Part shown: in pieces, positions 54,042 through 63,670 of the stretch
How the letters are laid out: each line of letters begins with the position of its first letter
Position numbering within the stretch: the stretch's first letter is position 1
Source: Candidatus Bathyarchaeota archaeon
Lineage (GTDB): Archaea; Thermoproteota; Bathyarchaeia; Bathyarchaeales; Bathycorpusculaceae
Direction: 5' to 3'
NCBI GenBank assembly: GCA_963775685.1
Contig: CAVZJV010000014.1
Location: forward strand, 416,001-480,000
DNA: 64,000 bases
Made by a program: the position numbers and the translations under genes
The notes under the pieces: generated by a model
Database searches by the model: none
Seen by the model: the letters and a program-made list of their open reading frames with translations, nothing else
What the model was told of the DNA's origin: nothing

Positions 54042-54974
54042 TTGCTTAATATGATTGAGACCGAGAACCTTACAAGAAAGTTCGGTGACCACATTGCAGT
54101 CGATAACCTAACTCTTCACGTAAACAAAGGGGAGGTCTTTGGCTTTCTTGGTCCCAACGGAGCAGGAAAAACCACAACCATACGAATGCTTTGCTGCTTA
54201 ATCTCCAAGACCAGCGGCAACGCCAGAGTCGGTGGTTATGAGATTGGTAAGCCAGAAAATTCTCTAATGATTAGAAAGATCATCGGACTTGTCCCTGACA
54301 ATGTGGGTCTCTACGAGTCTCTTACTGCCTACGAGAACCTTGACTATTACGGGAGACTGTACAGGCGAACTAGCGCCCAGCGGAAAGAGAGCAACGCGCA
54401 CTTTCTAAAGTTGCTTGGACTCTGGGAGAAAAGAAACGCGCTGGCGGGGACATTCTCAAAAGGGATGAAACAGAAACTCGCCATAGCACGAGCACTCGTT
54501 CACGACCCCGAAATACTTTTTATGGACGAGCCAACTGCGAACCTGGATCCCGAAGCTGCGAAGGCAGTAAGGGAATTTATTCTTGATTTAAAGAAAGAAA
54601 AGAAGACTATTTTCATCAATACCCACAACCTTGATGAGGCGCAAAGAATCTGCGATAGAATTGGCATCTTGAATACCAGGTTGATGGCAGTAGGTACTCC
54701 TGAAGAACTTGAACGGTCAATCCACGGGAGAAAAACTGTGATTCAACTTAGAATAGTAAGTAAAGCTATCTTGGATTCACTGAAGAGACTGCAGGTTAAA
54801 AACTTAGTCAAGGAAAGCAACAAGCTTACGGTCGATGTCGTGAATCCCGAGGAGGAGAATCCTGACATAGTAAGTGCTATTGCCACTGCCGGAGGACGCA
54901 TCGAAACGGTTACGGTAACCAGCAGTTCGCTAGAAGATGCTTACCTAAAACTAGTGAGGGAGAACACACAATGA
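54042..54974 (+). CDS. ABC transporter ATP-binding protein
   Basis: GPNGAGKTT, FSKGMKQK, LFMDEPT, H-loop NTH. Confidence 0.93.
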   Translation: MLNMIETENLTRKFGDHIAVDNLTLHVNKGEVFGFLGPNGAGKTTTIRMLCCLISKTSGNARVGGYEIGKPENSLMIRKIIGLVPDNVGLYESLTAYENLDYYGRLYRRTSAQRKESNAHFLKLLGLWEKRNALAGTFSKGMKQKLAIARALVHDPEILFMDEPTANLDPEAAKAVREFILDLKKEKKTIFINTHNLDEAQRICDRIGILNTRLMAVGTPEELERSIHGRKTVIQLRIVSKAILDSLKRLQVKNLVKESNKLTVDVVNPEEENPDIVSAIATAGGRIETVTVTSSSLEDAYLKLVRENTQ

Positions 54975-55705
54975 CCACCTGGATGCCATGGAATATAGCG
55001 CGCAAAGAAATGAAAGTAATAAGCAGAAAGAAAAGCATCATCGCCTACACCATTATACTTCCCATTCTCCTCTCATTTCTTTTCTCGCTCATCGTCAAGA
55101 ACCAAATAATTACGTCCTCGGGGGTTATCTCGAATTATTCACTGGGTCTTGAATGGCTCACGTACTTCTTTGTTGTTTTGGCAGCTATCTTGCCTAGTTC
55201 GATTGCAGCATATAGTATTGTGGGAGAGAAAGTGGAGAAGACTTTGGAACCGTTACTTGCAACTCCTATATCCGATGATGAGATACTGCTGGGAAAAAGC
55301 ATCGCTGCATTTCTACTTCCTATTCTTTCAATCTGGATAGGCGCTTCAATTTTCATGGCAGCAACGGATTTCCTAACTCATAATGTGTTGTCGTTCTATT
55401 ATTTTCCCAATTGGACTTCGGGGGTCATTTTGTTCTTCCTCGCTCCTCTTGGAGCAATATTAAGTATTGAACTGTCTGTTATTGTGTCGGCGCGCGTTAA
55501 CGATGTTAGAGGAGCGAACCAGATTGGGAGCCTCATGTTTATTCCGTTCATAGTTTTCTTCCTTGCAGGCGTGGAAGGAATAATAACGTTCAGTATCGAT
55601 AACCTGCTGATCTTCTCGGGCATTTTATTGATCGCTGATGTTCTCCTGTTCTTTTTGAGCAAATCAACATTCAGGCGAGAAGAGATACTGACCAAGTGGA
55701 AGTGA
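54971..55705 (+). CDS. ABC-2 type transporter permease
   Basis: SIVGEKVEKTLEPLLATP...ILLGK; six TM helices. Confidence 0.9.
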   Translation: MTTWMPWNIARKEMKVISRKKSIIAYTIILPILLSFLFSLIVKNQIITSSGVISNYSLGLEWLTYFFVVLAAILPSSIAAYSIVGEKVEKTLEPLLATPISDDEILLGKSIAAFLLPILSIWIGASIFMAATDFLTHNVLSFYYFPNWTSGVILFFLAPLGAILSIELSVIVSARVNDVRGANQIGSLMFIPFIVFFLAGVEGIITFSIDNLLIFSGILLIADVLLFFLSKSTFRREEILTKWK

Positions 55706-55714
55706 ATATAGAAT

Positions 55715-56890
55715 TTGGCTGCTAGAGCTACAGGAGCGGAACATAAAACCCGCCTTTATTTTGTAGACTACCTTAAGGCGGCACTCGTAAGCCTTGTAAT
55801 CCTGCATCACATAGCTATTACCTATGGCGCAAACGGATCCTTCTACTACACAGAGCCTGCCACTGACTCTTCTGCCTTGGGAGTGCTATCGCTTTTTACT
55901 AATTTCAATCAAGCCTGGTTTCTGGGGCTGTTCTTCCTAATTTCAGGGTACTTTTCCCCTGCTTCATTCGACCACAAGGGTCCCAGACAATTTCTAAAAG
56001 ATAGGTTGACACGACTCGGCATTCCACTGCTGATATTTTTCTTTGTGCTCAACCCAGTTACTGTTTACATCGCTTTTACCCATTTGCCTGCAGCGCAGGT
56101 TGTGGCACAGGGGATTACGTTTCCTGTAGCTTTGACATGGCAGTTTTACGTTCAGGCGGTCGGTACAGGACCTCTTTGGTTTGTGGAAATGCTACTGATT
56201 TTTGAATTCGCCTATGCAATTTGGCGTGTCACTGCCAAAAAAAGAGAGGCAAAGAAAGAAAATGGTTGCCCCTTTCCGTCTTACCGCAAAATCACCGTTT
56301 TCATTTTGCTGCTGGCAGCGACAAGTTATCTACTAAGGAGCGTTGTGCCAGCCAGTGCACAAGTGCTTGGGTTTCCCTCTTTGTTTGATTTGCCGCAATA
56401 TCTGAGTTTCTTTGTTGTTGGCACGATTGCTGCACGAGGCGACTGGCTACGCAAGCTGCCCAATTCCATGGCCAAGCGGATGTTTGGTATCGCGCTTATC
56501 GCATCGGTAACACTGCTTCTACTGGCGCTAATAGGCACAGAAGTGAGTTCACTTGGGTGGGGCAGCTTGGCTGGGTATGGGTCGTTGTCTTCGATGTTTT
56601 ATGCGCTGTGGGATTCAACTTTCGCCGTCGGAACCAGCATGTTTGCAATTGCACTGTTCCAACGTTACTTTAATTCTCCAGGAAAACTCTGGAGGTTCTC
56701 TTCTCAGCACTTCTACACAGCATACATTCTGCAAGCGCCAATAATCGTTATAATTACGGCTATTGTGCTCTCTTCAAGTCACATGGAATCACTGCTCAAA
56801 TTTGGTGTGGCATCGGTGATTATATTACCGCTGATTTGGGGAGCCGCTTATGTGGTAAAAAAAATCCCGTTCGCTAACAGAATTCTATAG
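55715..56890 (+). CDS. acyltransferase family 3 (MdoC/OafA-like) membrane protein
   Basis: RLYFVDYLK...LVILHH, LFFLISGYF, RLGIP, GPLWF. Confidence 0.85.
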   Translation: MAARATGAEHKTRLYFVDYLKAALVSLVILHHIAITYGANGSFYYTEPATDSSALGVLSLFTNFNQAWFLGLFFLISGYFSPASFDHKGPRQFLKDRLTRLGIPLLIFFFVLNPVTVYIAFTHLPAAQVVAQGITFPVALTWQFYVQAVGTGPLWFVEMLLIFEFAYAIWRVTAKKREAKKENGCPFPSYRKITVFILLLAATSYLLRSVVPASAQVLGFPSLFDLPQYLSFFVVGTIAARGDWLRKLPNSMAKRMFGIALIASVTLLLLALIGTEVSSLGWGSLAGYGSLSSMFYALWDSTFAVGTSMFAIALFQRYFNSPGKLWRFSSQHFYTAYILQAPIIVIITAIVLSSSHMESLLKFGVASVIILPLIWGAAYVVKKIPFANRIL

Positions 56891-57249
56891 AAATGTACGA
56901 TGACCCTAAATTTTTAATGATTTTCTGGATTTGACGTCGATTCTAACTTTGTTTGTTAAGTAAGCCTGATCCATTCGGGTCTGAGACCCAAGGATACTTG
57001 CTCCTAATCGAGTGTTAGAGAATATATAAGAGGCTTCTAACAGAAAAGAGAAAGAAGTGAATACATCGAACTTCACTTCGAAACAATATTTTTTGCTCGG
57101 CAAGAATTGGAAAACTAACATACTTGAAATCCAATTTACCACTTATTTTTTTGGGTAAAAAACATACACTGAAAGATAAAGCAACCCAAAATATTCATAG
57201 GGCATGATGAAAATGAATAAATTCCCATTCTCAATAAGTATAGTAGGAG

Positions 57250-57654
57250 TTGATGTTTTTGAAGAAAATTGGAGAATTAGTTCAAGAAGCCGACTGGAAG
57301 ATGGAGAAGCATGTGCCAGTTATTGAATGCGCGGACTTTGTGAAGGCTGATGAGCTTTTTGAAGTTAAAGTTACCGTTGGCAGAGAAGTTGCTCACCCGA
57401 ACACTACAGAGCATCATATCAGTTGGATAACGCTATTCTTCTTGCCTGAAGGTGAAAAGTTCCCGTATCAGGTTGTACGCTATGAGTTTGGAGCCCATGG
57501 CGCTTCGGCGCAGGGACCGAACACAAGTACTGTTTATACGCATCATGCGGGGACTGGTTGGATCAAAACAGCCAAAGCAGGAACTTTCATAGCGGTTTCA
57601 ATGTGTAACATACATGGGTTATGGCAGTCTTCGAAAGAAGTTAAGCTCAAATAA
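57250..57654 (+). CDS. superoxide reductase (neelaredoxin/desulfoferrodoxin-like)
   Basis: EKHVP, HPNTTEHHISW, CNIHGLW. Confidence 0.9.
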   Translation: MMFLKKIGELVQEADWKMEKHVPVIECADFVKADELFEVKVTVGREVAHPNTTEHHISWITLFFLPEGEKFPYQVVRYEFGAHGASAQGPNTSTVYTHHAGTGWIKTAKAGTFIAVSMCNIHGLWQSSKEVKLK

Positions 57655-57819
57655 ACTCGTTTTTTGATACAGTAATTAATTTCCCTCTTCTTTTTTTCTT
57701 ATCTAATGTTATATAGATCCTTAGCTGTCTGTTGCGCACGCTTGAATGGTGCATTTCTAATTAACTCATTTTTCTTATATCTCACCCGTAAAGGTGAGAG
57801 AAAATTAAAGCTCCACCTT

Positions 57820-58245
57820 AGAGCAAGATGTGGTGTGTAGTGTTATCTGCGTTCCACAAACCCCACATAGTATTCTGCGGGTTTCTCATGACCACCCATA
57901 ATTTCTATGCAAAACCAGCACTGCCTCAGCCATAATTGCCCCAGCACCTCCATGGCATTCCGCACAACATCGTTCCAAGTGCTCAAGAGCTTGAAAATGC
58001 TAGTCTCCCAGAAGACCACACCATCACCGTCAGTGCATAATTAAAAACAACCAGATACTTAGCGCCACCTTCATGCGCCATAACCATTTGATTGTACATT
58101 TCGTCGCCGCTTGATAGATAAGGTGCATCTTGAAATTTCCAATTTAACATTTCACCCCAATCTTTGCCCTTGCGGGTTTGCTACACCCCTACCCAACGCA
58201 AATATCTTGCATTGTTGTGTGGTTTCAGTCGAACTGTGCAAGGCA
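57820..58245 (-). pseudogene. decayed paralog of the 1152-2387 family protein
   Basis: QGKDWGEMLNWKFQDAPYLSSGDEMYNQM...GAKYLVVFNY...AEAVLVL..NYGW..RNPQNTMWGLW matches its C-terminal half. Confidence 0.7.
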
Positions 58246-58579
58246 TTATGCTTTTGGCTTGCCTTCTAAGTATTTTCTTTCAATGACCTACCTAATTGGA
58301 TTATTACGTTTGAAACTTTTATTTGCCTTCTCCTATTTTTTCGATCTTTGGGACTCAAGAATTTAACAGGGGAGATTTAACGACCACTTCTTTTTCTGTT
58401 TTGTCGGGGGATCCTATCCCCAAATTACAGTAAAAAAATATCAAGAACGAGCGGCACTGGACTTACCCCTCGAAACGGGTCTGGGTCTCTTTGCTCAAAT
58501 TTGCCGGTTAAGCCTGACGTCCCTGCAAATATCCAGCCTAAGTCAGATACGACAGGAAATTCCGTATAACTGGAAAGAC

Positions 58580-58690
58580 GATGAAAAAAGTGGTTCCCGG
58601 AGAGTCGAATCTGCACCTCAATTGATAGACCGAGAATCCAGGAAATAGAGAACTGGCGCGGAGAGATGCTTTCCAGTTTCTATGTGTTTT
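58580..58690 (+). pseudogene. DUF1801-family N-terminal relic
   Basis: ESAPQLIDxRIQEIENWRGEMLS. Confidence 0.4.
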
Positions 58691-58772
58691 TATTGTTAAT
58701 GCTTGCTAAGCCTGTTTCATAGGCCTTTCTTTGGGGAGAGTTTAGTATGTGTTTGCTCATTATATTTTTCTC

Positions 58773-59170
58773 TTTATTTCCATTTCCCATATTATAAGTG
58801 TCAAATCACCGTTTTCTTCAGTCTCAAGCTCGGATATCCCATTATTTTGTTTAATCGACCTAGTTTCTCAGAACTCGTTATATAATAAATTGCTTCTCGA
58901 AAGGAAGATGCTCGCCCCTTTCCGACAGCCACACTCAACCTTCTTATTCGCATAACTGCGACATCATGATCCAAAGTTGTTATTTAGTCCGTTTCATCTC
59001 TCAATCAATTGTCCGTTAGCCATCCGTGAAAAAACACCTGTCGACGCATATGCGGCATTAATTCCAAAAATCTTTCCTGTTCCATTAACTGTCATTTCAG
59101 TATGTTCCCCAGAGAGAAGTCTAACTCAGATATTTTGCCTCTAAAATCACCAATTAAATCACCAATTATT
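58773..59170 (-). pseudogene. decayed archaeal hypothetical gene
   Basis: GDLIGDFRGKI...GTGKIFGI...YITSSEKLGRLN...ETEENGDLTLIIWE-WK with frameshifts and stops. Confidence 0.45.
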
Positions 59171-59333
59171 TCTTTCACCTTTAAAAAAACAAAACTTCAT
59201 AATTCAACTCTCAACTCAATTATGTTCGCTGTAATGAAAAATCATGTTACTTCAGACTGCGACAACAAAAATTTATTTGCATAGAATATTCAATGTGATT
59301 AGAACAAAAATTTTAGTTACACGACTGAAATGA

Positions 59334-59834
59334 GTGACTGTTATGACGAATAAAACTAAAATTAATGCCGAACCCGGAAAACAGGAGATTTTTATCGTCA
59401 GAGAACTTGATGCCCCTCGAGACCTTGTGTTCAAAACATTTGCAGATCCAAAGCTCTATTCACAATGGCTATGGCCAAGAAGGCTGACAACAAAATTTGA
59501 AAAACTTGAACCAAAAGATGGCGGAAGCTACCGATTTATCAACGAAGACGAAGAAGGCAACAAATTCGAATTCCACGGCGTTTACCATGAAGTTCTTGCG
59601 CCACAAAGAATTATTGGTACTTTTGAGTTTGAAGGCTTGCCGGAAAAAGGACACGTAAGTTTAGAAATCACTTTGTTTGAAGAGTTACCCAGTGGAAGAA
59701 CCAAGTTGACTTCTCAGGACGTTTTCATGTCAGTCGCTGATCGGGACGGAATGCTAAGCGGCATGGAAGAAGGAGTCAACGACTCGTACGACCGACTTGA
59801 AGAACTTTTGGCAACAATGAAAGCCAAACAATAA
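59334..59834 (+). CDS. SRPBCC/Aha1-like (activator of Hsp90 ATPase homolog 1-like) protein
   Basis: [11 protein letters not shown]...GGSYRF...[20 protein letters not shown]...[17 protein letters not shown]. Confidence 0.88.
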   Translation: MTVMTNKTKINAEPGKQEIFIVRELDAPRDLVFKTFADPKLYSQWLWPRRLTTKFEKLEPKDGGSYRFINEDEEGNKFEFHGVYHEVLAPQRIIGTFEFEGLPEKGHVSLEITLFEELPSGRTKLTSQDVFMSVADRDGMLSGMEEGVNDSYDRLEELLATMKAKQ

Positions 59835-59848
59835 AGAGAATTAGCCTT

Positions 59849-59989
59849 GTGATTGTCAAGCGTGAAGAAGGATATTATGTTGTTTCTGAAAAAACAGAAA
59901 AGAATTTAGGCGGACCATACAAGACTTGGGAAGATGCTGAAAAGAAGCTTCATCAAGTAGGGTTTTTTAAGCATCAGAAATCAAGCTAA
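59849..59989 (+). CDS. small protein (46 aa), phage-like motif
   Basis: MIVKREEGYYVVSEKTEKNLGGPYKTWEDAEKKLHQVGFFKHQKSS. Confidence 0.6.
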   Translation: MIVKREEGYYVVSEKTEKNLGGPYKTWEDAEKKLHQVGFFKHQKSS

Positions 59990-60169
59990 TTCTTTTTTCC
60001 ACTCTTTTTTATCTCGTGGTTTTCCTGAGTTGTATGAATAACATCCATTTACGACTAAGAATAGTGGTACAATCAATATTCCTATTCATAATATATTTCC
60101 CACTAAGGGATGCGACGCGAAAAGCTATTAGGAGAAGCTCTGCAAATATTCTATAGGTGTTTTTAGTCC

Positions 60170-60550
60170 ATGAAAAAGAATTTTGAGTCGATTGATGAAT
60201 ATATTACTTCTTTTCCCAAGAACGTTCAAACTGTTTTAGAACAAATAAGGCAAGCAATTAAGGATTCTGCACCCAAAGCAGAAGAAACAATCAGTTACAA
60301 CATGCCAGCGTTCAAACTGAACGGCAACTTAGTCTGGTTTGGAGCCTTCAAGAATCACATAGGTTTCTATCCGCGGGAGTCGGCCATAGAGGAATTCAAA
60401 GAAAAACTGTCAGGCTATGAAGTAAGCAAAGTCCAAGGTACCGTCAAATTTCCATTGGACAAGCCAATGCCATTAGATTTAGTAAAGGAAATGGTAAAGT
60501 TCAGAGTAAAGGAAAACCTGAAAGAAACAAGCGGTTCCAAATATTCATGA
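60170..60550 (+). CDS. DUF1801 (YdhG-like) protein
   Basis: IDEYI...APKAEETISYNMPAF...FKNHIGFYP...GTVKFPLDKPMP. Confidence 0.85.
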   Translation: MKKNFESIDEYITSFPKNVQTVLEQIRQAIKDSAPKAEETISYNMPAFKLNGNLVWFGAFKNHIGFYPRESAIEEFKEKLSGYEVSKVQGTVKFPLDKPMPLDLVKEMVKFRVKENLKETSGSKYS

Positions 60551-60581
60551 TTCCAAATAAGACTTGCCAATCTCCATATTA

Positions 60582-60982
60582 CTACGAATATACCAGCTGT
60601 GTGATTTGTATTAAATTGCCACAAGTGTCATCCAGGACTGCTATGGTCGAAGGGATACCTGGTAGCTTCGTTGGCTGCATAGTAAACTTCACACCAAGCT
60701 TTTTCAATCGTTCATACTCTTTTTGGATATCATCCACAACGAAGTTAGAGTTGCGCGAATACTCTGCTTGAAGAGAGCTTCTTGATATGCCTTTGCAGCT
60801 GGGTTTTCATTTGGCTCAAGAACTAACTCGACACCATCCGGGTCTTCAGCCGAAGTAACAGTCAACCACCTATATTTTCCTGCTGTTATATCTGCCTTTT
60901 TTACAAAACCAAGGGCCTCAGTATAAAACTTTAATGCTCTGCCCTGATCACTAACGTACACACTAGTATATTTAATCCTCAT
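60582..60982 (-). pseudogene. VOC/glyoxalase family protein, frameshift near 60745
   Basis: SVYVSDQGRALKFYTEALGF...ELVLEP; FVVDDIQKEYERL...DDTCGNLIQI in another frame. Confidence 0.8.
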
Positions 60983-61195
60983 AAAAACACCAATTACAGC
61001 TAACGTTCTTAAAATTAATAATCTTTGCGCTAAGTTATCGGGAAGGTCAAGCTTACGTCAATTAACGCGCTTCAGACGGTTTGGGGGACGCCAGCAATGG
61101 CTTCAAAAAAAATTTAGACTGTTAAATTGAGGATAGGATCCCCCGTCCCAACACTATTCGAGCTTGAATAATCATTTAAGGTTCCGAACCCACTT

Positions 61196-61326
61196 GAGAC
61201 TGTGTAAAAACTAATTTCAAATTCAGAAAAATGATAGCTTTGTTCGAATAGTGTTGAAATATGACTATGATTTATGCATGTTACATAGCAATTTCGAAAG
61301 CTAAAATTTAGTTTTCACATACTCTG
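61196..61326. mobile_element. 131-bp MITE with IS1182-type ends
   Basis: gagactgtgtaaaaacta ... tagttttcacatactctg; flanks accc-actt / attt-gggt. Confidence 0.75.
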
Positions 61327-61780
61327 ATTTGGGTCTAAACCCAGCGGCCCCATTCAAGATTCCAAAAAGGTTCTGGTTCAAGTTCATAGAGACTTACACC
61401 ATTCAGGGTATGAAACTATTGTGATTCTATCTTCTATCCGCAAACACCCATTAAGCATAGCCCTTTCCAATCGCGTACTGGAGAAAATAGATAAAGAAAC
61501 CTCAAAACAGAAAAGATCGAGAAGCTAATATGTAGAACTACATATTTTTTGCTCAGAGGAATTAAAATCTAAGCTTAAATAGAAAACGACGTCTTCCAAC
61601 TTTGGTGAAATGGACGAAACTGAAAACTGCTTGAGCTATCACTCTTCCAAATAACGCGCAGTAAACATAGTCTCTATCTTAATTACCGATTCTGCTAAAA
61701 GAATAAAAAATAAGAAAAAATAGGTCATTAGGGGAACTGACACCCAGCGGTCGAGGTCGTGCTCAGGGTGTGCCGCTAAT

Positions 61781-61972
61781 TTAGTTCTCTGATTTCTTCT
61801 GCCGCGGCTTATAAATAATGCCGGCAATAAGCAATACCACTCCAAAGATGGGTAATACGAGCGCTTCTTGGATGCCTTTTGCAAAAAAGAGGACGATGCC
61901 CAAAACAATTAGTACGGTTCCAAAAGCAAGGAGTCTCCCCTTATTTGTCTGATAATATTTACTCGGATCCAA
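61781..61972 (-). CDS. small membrane protein downstream of the ABC permease
   Basis: GGAGGTG SD, TTG start, two TM helices. Confidence 0.65.
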   Translation of the reverse strand: MDPSKYYQTNKGRLLAFGTVLIVLGIVLFFAKGIQEALVLPIFGVVLLIAGIIYKPRQKKSEN

Positions 61973-62006
61973 TGTTCCACCTCCGCCCTCTTCGCTTCCA
62001 ACTTTG

Positions 62007-62750
62007 CTACTTCCACCTTGTTAGTATTTCCTCTCGTCGAAAAGTTTTTGTACTCAAAAAGAAAAGCGCCACATCAACCGCTAAGATGACCCCTGAGATT
62101 ATAAGCAGACCGTTTACGTCAAGGGTTATTATGCCTGTCTCGCTGAGAAGGTATATACCCAAGAGGGGAAAGAGAATGAAAATTCCAAAACTATTAGCGC
62201 TGCGCACATCATTAACTCTCGAAGAAACAAAGACGCTGAACAGAACACTCATCACAATAGCGACCGGCATCAGAACCAACAGCAAAGTGTCGATGTTCCA
62301 GTTTGGAAAATAATAATAGCCAAGCGTACTAAAAGTAACCTCATCAACGCCCACCATGAAAACTACAGCAGCAGCATACATTGCCATTAAAGTTGGAATA
62401 ACTGCGGAAACGGCTTTTCCAAGCAATATTTCACCATCAGTAAGAGGCGTAGCTAGAAGCGGTTCCAGACTCTTCTCCACTTTCTCCCCCACTATACTGT
62501 AGGAGGCAATTCCTAAGGGAACGTACGCTGCTCCTATAACTAAAAAGAAGGAAAAAGAGTTAAGCAAATTTGGAAGCACCGCCGGCGCTGCGAGTCCCGG
62601 GCTCCCCCTTAATGCTAAATACTCCAGTATCGACGGAAACATGACCGAGATAATAACTGGAAAAATAATAATTGAGTACCAGACGTTTTTTACTCGCCTA
62701 AATATCTTAAAGTCCCTAGCCGCTATAATCCACGCCTTTGAGATTCGCAT
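62007..62750 (-). CDS. ABC-2 type transporter permease (paralog of 54971-55705)
   Basis: SIVGEKVEKSLEPLLATP; ends TFRREEILTRWK. Confidence 0.9.
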   Translation of the reverse strand: MRISKAWIIAARDFKIFRRVKNVWYSIIIFPVIISVMFPSILEYLALRGSPGLAAPAVLPNLLNSFSFFLVIGAAYVPLGIASYSIVGEKVEKSLEPLLATPLTDGEILLGKAVSAVIPTLMAMYAAAVVFMVGVDEVTFSTLGYYYFPNWNIDTLLLVLMPVAIVMSVLFSVFVSSRVNDVRSANSFGIFILFPLLGIYLLSETGIITLDVNGLLIISGVILAVDVALFFLSTKTFRREEILTRWK

Positions 62751-62752
62751 AT

Positions 62753-63670
62753 TTATTTCCTCACAAGTTTTAGATAGGTATCTTCTAAAGTTGAGCCCAC
62801 CACATTGATTGATCGGACATGACCTCCCGCCAGTACTATAGCCTCTATAACAGGTGAATTTTCCTTGTCTGGGTCGTCCACACTAAATATTACTGTGTCG
62901 CCGTCGGTGGACAGGTTATTGAGCGGCAGTTTTTTCAGTGCTCCCAAAACGGCATCGCTGATTTGCTGTTCTAATCCGATAACTGTCTTTTTGCCGCTAA
63001 CGGACCTTTCAAGGTCTTGGGGAGTGCCTATTGCCCTAAGGCGCGTATTTATTATTGCTACTCTGTCGCAGATTCTTTGCGCCTCATCAAGGTTGTGGGT
63101 GTTTAGAAAGATTGTTTTCTTCTCTTTTTTTAGTTGAAGAATGAAATCTCGCACTGTTTTTGCAGCTTCGGGATCTAGATTTGCGGTAGGCTCATCCATG
63201 AAAAGGACTTGTGGGTCATGGATGAGGGCGCGGGCTATGGCGAGTTTTTGTTTCATGCCCTTGGAAAAGGTCCCTGCCAAAACGTTTCTCTTATCCCAAA
63301 GCCCCAACATCTCAAGAAAACGCTGGATGTTCTCTTTTCTTTGTGTTTCGGGGCAATCATATATCCTTGCAAAAAAGTCTAGGTTATCGTAGGCTGTCAG
63401 ATTTTCAGATAATCCAACGTTATCAGAGACAAACCCGATGATTTTGCGGATTTTGAGTGAGTCTTCTTTGTTGCCTATTTCATAATTGCCAATTTTGCCG
63501 TTTCCGCTGGTTTTGGAGATTAAGCAGCAAAGCATCCTGACAGTCGTAGTTTTTCCTGCGCCATTTGGACCCAGAAAACCGAAAACTTCCCCTTCGTTAA
63601 CATGTAATGTGAGATTGTCTACCGCTGTGAGGTCTCCGAATTTTTTGGTCAACCCATCTGTGTCTATCAA
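62753..63670 (-). CDS. ABC transporter ATP-binding protein (paralog of 54042-54974)
   Basis: GPNGAGKTT, FSKGMKQK, LFMDEPT. Confidence 0.93.
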   Translation of the reverse strand: MIDTDGLTKKFGDLTAVDNLTLHVNEGEVFGFLGPNGAGKTTTVRMLCCLISKTSGNGKIGNYEIGNKEDSLKIRKIIGFVSDNVGLSENLTAYDNLDFFARIYDCPETQRKENIQRFLEMLGLWDKRNVLAGTFSKGMKQKLAIARALIHDPQVLFMDEPTANLDPEAAKTVRDFILQLKKEKKTIFLNTHNLDEAQRICDRVAIINTRLRAIGTPQDLERSVSGKKTVIGLEQQISDAVLGALKKLPLNNLSTDGDTVIFSVDDPDKENSPVIEAIVLAGGHVRSINVVGSTLEDTYLKLVRK

